A DNA stretch of 64,000 nucleotides from Blasia pusilla (Eukaryota), in contig CM114271.1 in assembly GCA_050084515.1 (NCBI GenBank), forward strand, positions 48,112,001 to 48,176,000, written 5' to 3'. The first letter of the stretch is position 1. Each line of letters starts with the position of its first letter. This document shows positions 58,424 through 64,000 of the stretch, piece by piece. Below the pieces are notes generated by a model that worked only from the letters and a program-made list of their open reading frames with translations, made no database searches and was not told where the DNA came from. Both the position numbers and the translations under genes were made by a program.

Positions 58424-59541
58424 TGATGTACACTCTCCATTCTCTCACGACAGGTATCACAAATGGAAGTGCCGAGGCGATCACTTCTTTGTAACATCGG
58501 ACCCCGAAATTCCTAACTATAAAATCCCTATAAACTATTTTATGTTTGTACACGAGGAAGATAGCACAACTAGTGTTAAACCCTACTTGACCAGGCCTAT
58601 TGACATCCATGGATCGCTATATAAGGACATACAAAGTACAATCCCATGTCCTTCCATATGTGACGATAGGAAGAATCACGGAGTTGGAGATTGCATGACC
58701 TGGTTCATGAACGCCTCCCCAAAGTGATAAACTAAATAGCGAGTGAACCAGTGCCTATCTACAAAGAGTACCTTGACATGGTAAGGATTGAGGAAAGGAA
58801 AGTCGGGCACAGCTCGTGCTCCACCCCTATCCATGCTTGACAGACATTCTCTACTCTCCTCAAGAATGGGTTTTGGCGGAGTTATTCTCCCAAGAGGGGT
58901 AATCCACTCTCATTGGGAAAGTAACAAGCCAAAACATCCGCTATTTTAGTATGACTAGACTCCTCTACGGTGACAAACCTCTCATGCCCCCCACACACAC
59001 ACACCACACTCTAGAAACCTCTCGAAGAATAGACCATGATCAAGTTACTCTCCCAAGAGGGGTGATCCACTCTCATTGGAAGAGCAAGCAATCCCAAAGC
59101 CATACACTCAAGAGAGACACGAGAGACTCAAGATGTGGAATAGAAGGTGATGAACCCTTGAAGGTCCCTCCTCTTTATATACTCACAAGGGATCCACAAG
59201 AGTACGAAATAGAGCTTATCTTATCTTGTGCCACATGGCTTCCTCTCAAGGCTTAGCCAATCACATTTTGACACAAGTAGATTTCCTCTTATCTCTTCCA
59301 AAATATCCTCTTTTACCCACATGATATTTTCCAAATTACCCCAACTAACCTAGCCACCAACCAAGACTACTTTTGTTTTTCATTAAAGCAACTACTTTAC
59401 TTTTGTAAAGTCATCTTTTATTTATTACCTACTTTTCCTAAAGTTGGGCCCGCATAAAAGAGGCACCATAAAGAGGTTTAAACATAAGAATCTCCTTTTT
59501 CTAAGCCAATTTACTTAATACTAATGAAACTCTATCTAACA
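58424..59541 (-). mobile_element. Probable solo LTR inside an intron of the ParB-MTase gene
   Basis: Minus strand starts TGTTAG and ends ACATCA. It has a TATATAAAG box and lacks the host element's palindromes. No clean TSD seen. Confidence 0.55.
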
Positions 59542-59734
59542 CTTAATGACGACGGAGTTTACACACTGGTCGATTTTACTATACGACAGCGTGGACAAAG
59601 TTTGCAGAGGAGCGCCCAAACTCATTGGAGGCACATTTTTGCGTGAAGGCAGTGGTGCTACATCCATACCCTCATCACATGGCGACGGTGGAGATGGCCA
59701 TGCATGCCATGAACACGTAAGTTTCTTCTTGCTG

Positions 59735-60432
59735 CAAACCGTCGGACTCTGACAAGTTGTTTGAGTCGCCATTATTTTTGGGATGTTTTTGGCCAAAAGC
59801 AACTCGTCGGACTTCGACGAGTTGTTTGACTGACCACAAGTTTAGGATGTTTTTGGCCCAAAGCATCTCGTCGGAGTCTGACGAGTTGCTCGACTGGCCG
59901 CATTCTTTGGATGTATTTTGAAGAAATCAACTCGTTGGACTCCGACGAGTTGCTTGAGTGGCCGCATTCTTTGGATGTATTTTGAAGAAAGCAACTCGTC
60001 GGAGTCCGACGAGTTGCTCGACTCGCCGCATGTTTTGGATGTTTTTTGAAGAAACAAACTCGTCGGAGTCGGACGGGTTGCTTGACTCAAAGCTGTTTTT
60101 GAATGTTTTTTGATGTTTTGGCTGAAAGCAACTCGTCAAAGTCTGACAGGTTGCATTCGGAAGTTGGGAGCTACATTTTTGGCGTCAAATTGCAGCTTTC
60201 ATTGAAATTGCGCAACCTGTCAAACTCCGACGGGTTGATATGTTCACTTTTTTCGCGGTAACCACTATGTAAATACGGACTATCTGACAACCCGTCGGAC
60301 TCCGACGGGTTGAAACCAGGCAATCAAAAATCTGAATGCAATCCGTCGGACTCCGATGGGTTGCAAAATTTAGCTCGTTGCTACAATCCAACCATGAGCT
60401 GTGACGACCTGTCGGAGTCCGACGGGTTGCAA
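59735..60432. repeat. Intronic array of ~64-bp units with the same palindrome
   Basis: GCAACTCGTCGGA-n-TCCGACGAGTTG variants at ~59735, 59799, 59862, 59927, 59991, 60055, 60128, 60211, 60288, 60338 and 60405, lying between the GTAAGT donor (59717) and the CAG acceptor (60480). Confidence 0.9.
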
Positions 60433-63400
60433 GAACCCATGTACCTTACAAAATTTCTTATATTGAGTTTGGATATGCAGGATTGTATCGGAGGGGAATG
60501 TCACCCACCACTGGATCCAGGATTGCGATCGGGTGAAGAAAGTGCTAACGACGCACCCGGCAGAGTACAAGGGGTTCTTGGGTGACGCCCTTGTAAATGA
60601 GATGCTGGCAAAGGGTGCACAAATAAAAAAGAAGACTATGGCAAATAAATTTATTTCCCAAGATGCAGTCGTGACAATCCTTTGCTGGTCGAAGATACAC
60701 GCCGCCAAGAAGAGCCCTGCATTGGAGCTGGAGCGGAGGGAGAAAGTATCTGTGTCTGAGCGTGCAAAATTCATCCAAGCTGCAGTATCTGCAGCTACAA
60801 AGTACACGGCAAGCAAGATGCATCGCTAAATCGCCATTCTCAACCCTGAACTTGGTCTTGATTTCTACAAGGAGCTGAAGGCGATAATCAAGCGCCAGCG
60901 GAAAAGGGATGAAGATTCGCAAGGTTGGATTGGGGAGAAAGTGTCTCTCGATCGCGTGCATCAATTTGCCTTGTCTGGAATAAGAGAATTTAGGAGAATA
61001 CGACTGATGAAAATCAGTCTCGAGGGCACAGAGGCCCAAAAGAGGCCGGCACACCATCCTCCGGGTGTCTCTGATCCAGTGAAATCCCATGGACTTCTTG
61101 AGAAGACGTGTTGCGGCTTTTCAGGAAGTCCATGCTCAACGGTCTCCAAGCGGAGCTGAAAAGAATAGAGCCACTTCCGAAGGAAGCAAACGTGGAGAGT
61201 GCTGATGATTTCGAACTTTGGCTTGATGACATCCGGGACAAGCCCATAAAAAATCCAGGTTTCAGGACGATGTTCAAGGATCGCATCCTCCCTCAGACAG
61301 ACATTGACGAAGAAATCGAGGCGAAAAAAAGGGGTTTCGCAAAGAAGAAGCGAGATCTTCAGGAGTAGGCGGCCGATGCATCTCAACTAAGAGCTGCCCA
61401 ACGCATGGTGTTCAGGTACCTCGTCCATTGTAAGAATGCAGGTACATGGCGAAAAATACCGACAGCCTGCAAATTGTGGGCTTCTCCGCCTGATGGAGAG
61501 ACATTTTCCATGTACGACACGGAGATGGCTCATAGCATGTTTGATTGGGAGGTGGAGAATTTCCCGATTTGGCTGGACTTCAACGACCCTGAGGACATAA
61601 CCGAGAAAGATCTACGCCTGCTTTATGATGCAGTGGCCGCAGGTAGGGATGACATCCCCAATTTTGTGCAGCCTGAAGACTTTTCCGAAGGAGATGCGGA
61701 AGAGCAAGCCCTCGAGACAGCGGAGTTGGCGTCCAAGGTCCACACAACCAAAGACAAATCTACATCGGGTCTCAAAGGCAAGGCAAGGGGATCGAAGAAT
61801 TCCGAGGCCGAGTCTTCCCAAAGAGAGGCTGAAGATTCAAGGCCAAAGCCGGAATCGTCCAGGCGAGGGGGGAGAGAGGGTCGGACCAGGTCTTCCGCAA
61901 GAAAAACCCCACTAGAGTCTGAGGTCATAGAGACCCCAACAAGCCGACCGCACACTTGGGAGAAGCGGAAGCGAGAGGCGCGAGCGTTGTCCCAAGGAGC
62001 AGACCAGGATAAGGAATATAGTCCATCATCCTTGGGAAGACATAGAGAAACAACGACCCGGAAAAGCATCATCCTTCACTTCACGAAACTACTGGATGAG
62101 CTGAAAAGTTTCAGTTCCCAAGCGTCGACACCCGCCATCGAGAAATTGACAACGCTCGGATGGAAGCTTCAACGAAACGGGCACGCTCCGTGGACGGTCC
62201 ATGGGGTGGTCGAAGAGGTGGCGGTGGATCTCTTGGTCGCTGATTTGCCCTAGGGGTTGCGCTTGTGGGATGAGAATCCGTCCGACGGGGTCCTAGACTG
62301 GAATGTCCCCCTTTCTTATGACCAGATCGCGCTCCTATTTTCCTTTGCAGACGCTTATCTCAGTGACATGGGTTGTTTCTTAGTTTTGACTAGAGGGAGC
62401 TAGGACGAGCTTTTCAACCTCCAGTACGTCAAGAGGTCGCTGAAGTGGAGGACGATGCAATCGTGGATCATCAAGAACAAGTACCCACTCCGATCCGCGA
62501 CGAGTCAAATTCGGGTAAGGCTCTATTCCTCTCTCCAGATTATATTTCTCCGACGGATTGTTTTTGTCCATGAGCAACCCGTCGGAAGGCGACAGGTTGC
62601 TGGTTGAGAGCAATCCGTCACTTTCCGACGGATCGCATCATTCCACAAACACAGGGAAAACGCATTACCACCTGCAACCCGTCGGAACCCGACGGGTTGT
62701 AGGTGGTAATGCATTTTCCTTGTTGGAAAAATCTCGTTTTTTATTACCTCCGAAGGAACCTCGGAAATGTACATTTGATGTAGTCTATGATTTCTTCAAC
62801 CTCGTCATCTACAAATATACTCCTAACTCTCCTAGGTTCCTCTACAAAAGGAATGTCTTGGGATACAAGTGGCTCCTGTGGCCGATTATAGACGGGGATC
62901 GAAAATGTTAGCGAATTTGAGAGCCTTGGCCCCCCCCTAGGTACACCATAACGGTCCCATGTAACCTGATTTGAGTCCCACCGCCTTCCTCGGTGGTATA
63001 TCTTGTACGCTCTATAATGTGACACCCATCCAGTATCAATATGTGCTTCGTCCTTGAAAATACCATGATGGCAATCCCACAAGTAGTAGGAATCCAGCAC
63101 GTCTGAGAGAAGAGAAGAAGCCTACGCCTTGTTTGACGATACTAGGGGAAGGTGCCAAAGTGAAGAAGCCGGCCAAACTGCCTCTTAAGTTGGACCAAGA
63201 GGGAAAGAGTCTGATCACTCACTTAACCAACGTGTTGGAATCCGACAGGTTGCCTAGAAGTGGTTAAAAAGGTGCAGTGGTCAAAAAGTGAAAAGTTGCA
63301 AGTCGTGGAAATCCGACGGGTTGCAAATTAGAAGTCCTCGGAGTACATAGACAATCACAGTCGAAAAGACACAAAAGATATTCAGCAAACTTTTAGAAAC

Positions 63401-63555
63401 ACCACCATCGTTCGAAAAAATTTTGTCCTTTATTAGATCCGAAAGAAGCTCGGAACTGTACATTTCATCTATTCTATGAATTATTTTGCCCTCGTCATCA
63501 AATAAATCCCTACTCCAAACGTTGCAATCAAGCTGGGTCCTTGAGTTCTTTGAAC

Positions 63556-64000
63556 TCACTCATCATTGTTCGAGAGCTCTTGCAAAATTACTTTCCGCCT
63601 TGCCCTCCCGATTTTTGGAATCGTGTTAAGTGACGATGGTGTCACTACCAATGGTGGGTGTGGAACCGGAGCTCTCGGCTTCAGAGGAGAGTTGTACGCC
63701 CCAACTAGCCTCTCGTAATCTGCCTTTGCCTCCTTGCAAAGGTCAAATAGTTCCTGCCTTCCCTCGAGGCAGAGAATGTTCGTGCCACTCTGCCAGGCAC
63801 CTTTGATACTCGCCCCTGAAAGGCCTACTAAGTCAAACACCAAGTCACCCAGCCTTGAGCAAAGCTCGATGAGCGTTTGCATCAGGGCTCGCGACTTTTC
63901 CCTTCCTCCAAGTAGTGGCGTACCGTCTTGCATGAAAATTCCCGGGGGGAAATTGTATAAACTATCTAAGCTGTACCCATCGGAGCATGGATCCACAGGA
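63556..64000 (-). pseudogene. Copy 3: C-terminal methyltransferase exon (continues beyond the window)
   Basis: REKSRALMQTLIELCSRLGDLVFDLVGLSGAS. 63640-64000 is a direct repeat of 48526-48886. This exon has no internal stop, so the status of the full copy is unknown. Confidence 0.75.

Larger units (their letters stand above)
57250..62514 (+). pseudogene. Copy 2 of the cargo gene: ParB/Sulfiredoxin-like domain fused to a DNA methyltransferase, multi-exon, last exon missing
   Basis: Exon ~57965-58302 reads IPLCRLRTMEYVRK...FFIWDGNHR. Exon ~59580-59716 reads TAWTKF...VKAVVL...MHAMN. Exon 60481-62514 is the inverted paralog of 51530-49459 and includes VDLLVADLP*G. Several stops. Confidence 0.75.

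Noticed and set aside
63556-63559. Operon-like GTGA stop/start overlap between two minus-strand ORFs
   Set aside because: It relies on a GTG start in a spliced eukaryotic gene. A frameshift or chance is more likely than translational coupling.
48526-64000. Bacterial or phage contamination explaining the ParB-MTase
   Set aside because: The gene has GT-AG introns, is interrupted by plant LTR elements, and a fragment of the same element recurs at 13.8 kb among plant genes.

Overview
Eukaryotic, intron-containing, TE-dense land-plant DNA. A bryophyte or other non-seed plant is my inference from the TE types. Two apparently intact host genes are present, both encoding likely plastid proteins: a DUF3082 membrane protein (minus strand, about 7.4-9.6 kb, 5' end uncertain) and an NDF5/PnsB2-family gene (28056-29604). 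Most of the rest is decayed mobile DNA. This includes (TC)n-tailed LINEs, several Ty3/Gypsy relics (one with a C5-DNA-methyltransferase remnant and a PHD finger), a MULE relic, a ~180-bp satellite, and fragments of an aldehyde oxidase, a kinase and a RING finger. The most notable system lies at 48.5-64 kb. It is a large Mutator-like DNA transposon (GCM-like zinc finger, DDE core, SWIM finger) transcribed divergently from a spliced cargo gene. The cargo gene fuses a ParB/Sulfiredoxin-like domain (WDGNHR) to a prokaryote-type beta-class N6A/N4C DNA methyltransferase and occurs as three rearranged copies. The element carries dozens of ~27-bp palindromes (GCAACCCGTCGGA-n-TCCGACGGGTTGC) in introns and in the divergent promoter, and these coincide with inversion and fold-back breakpoints. 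The two more complete cargo copies and the transposase carry stop codons; the third cargo copy is cut off by the window end. All family assignments come from motif recognition by eye, not from database searches.
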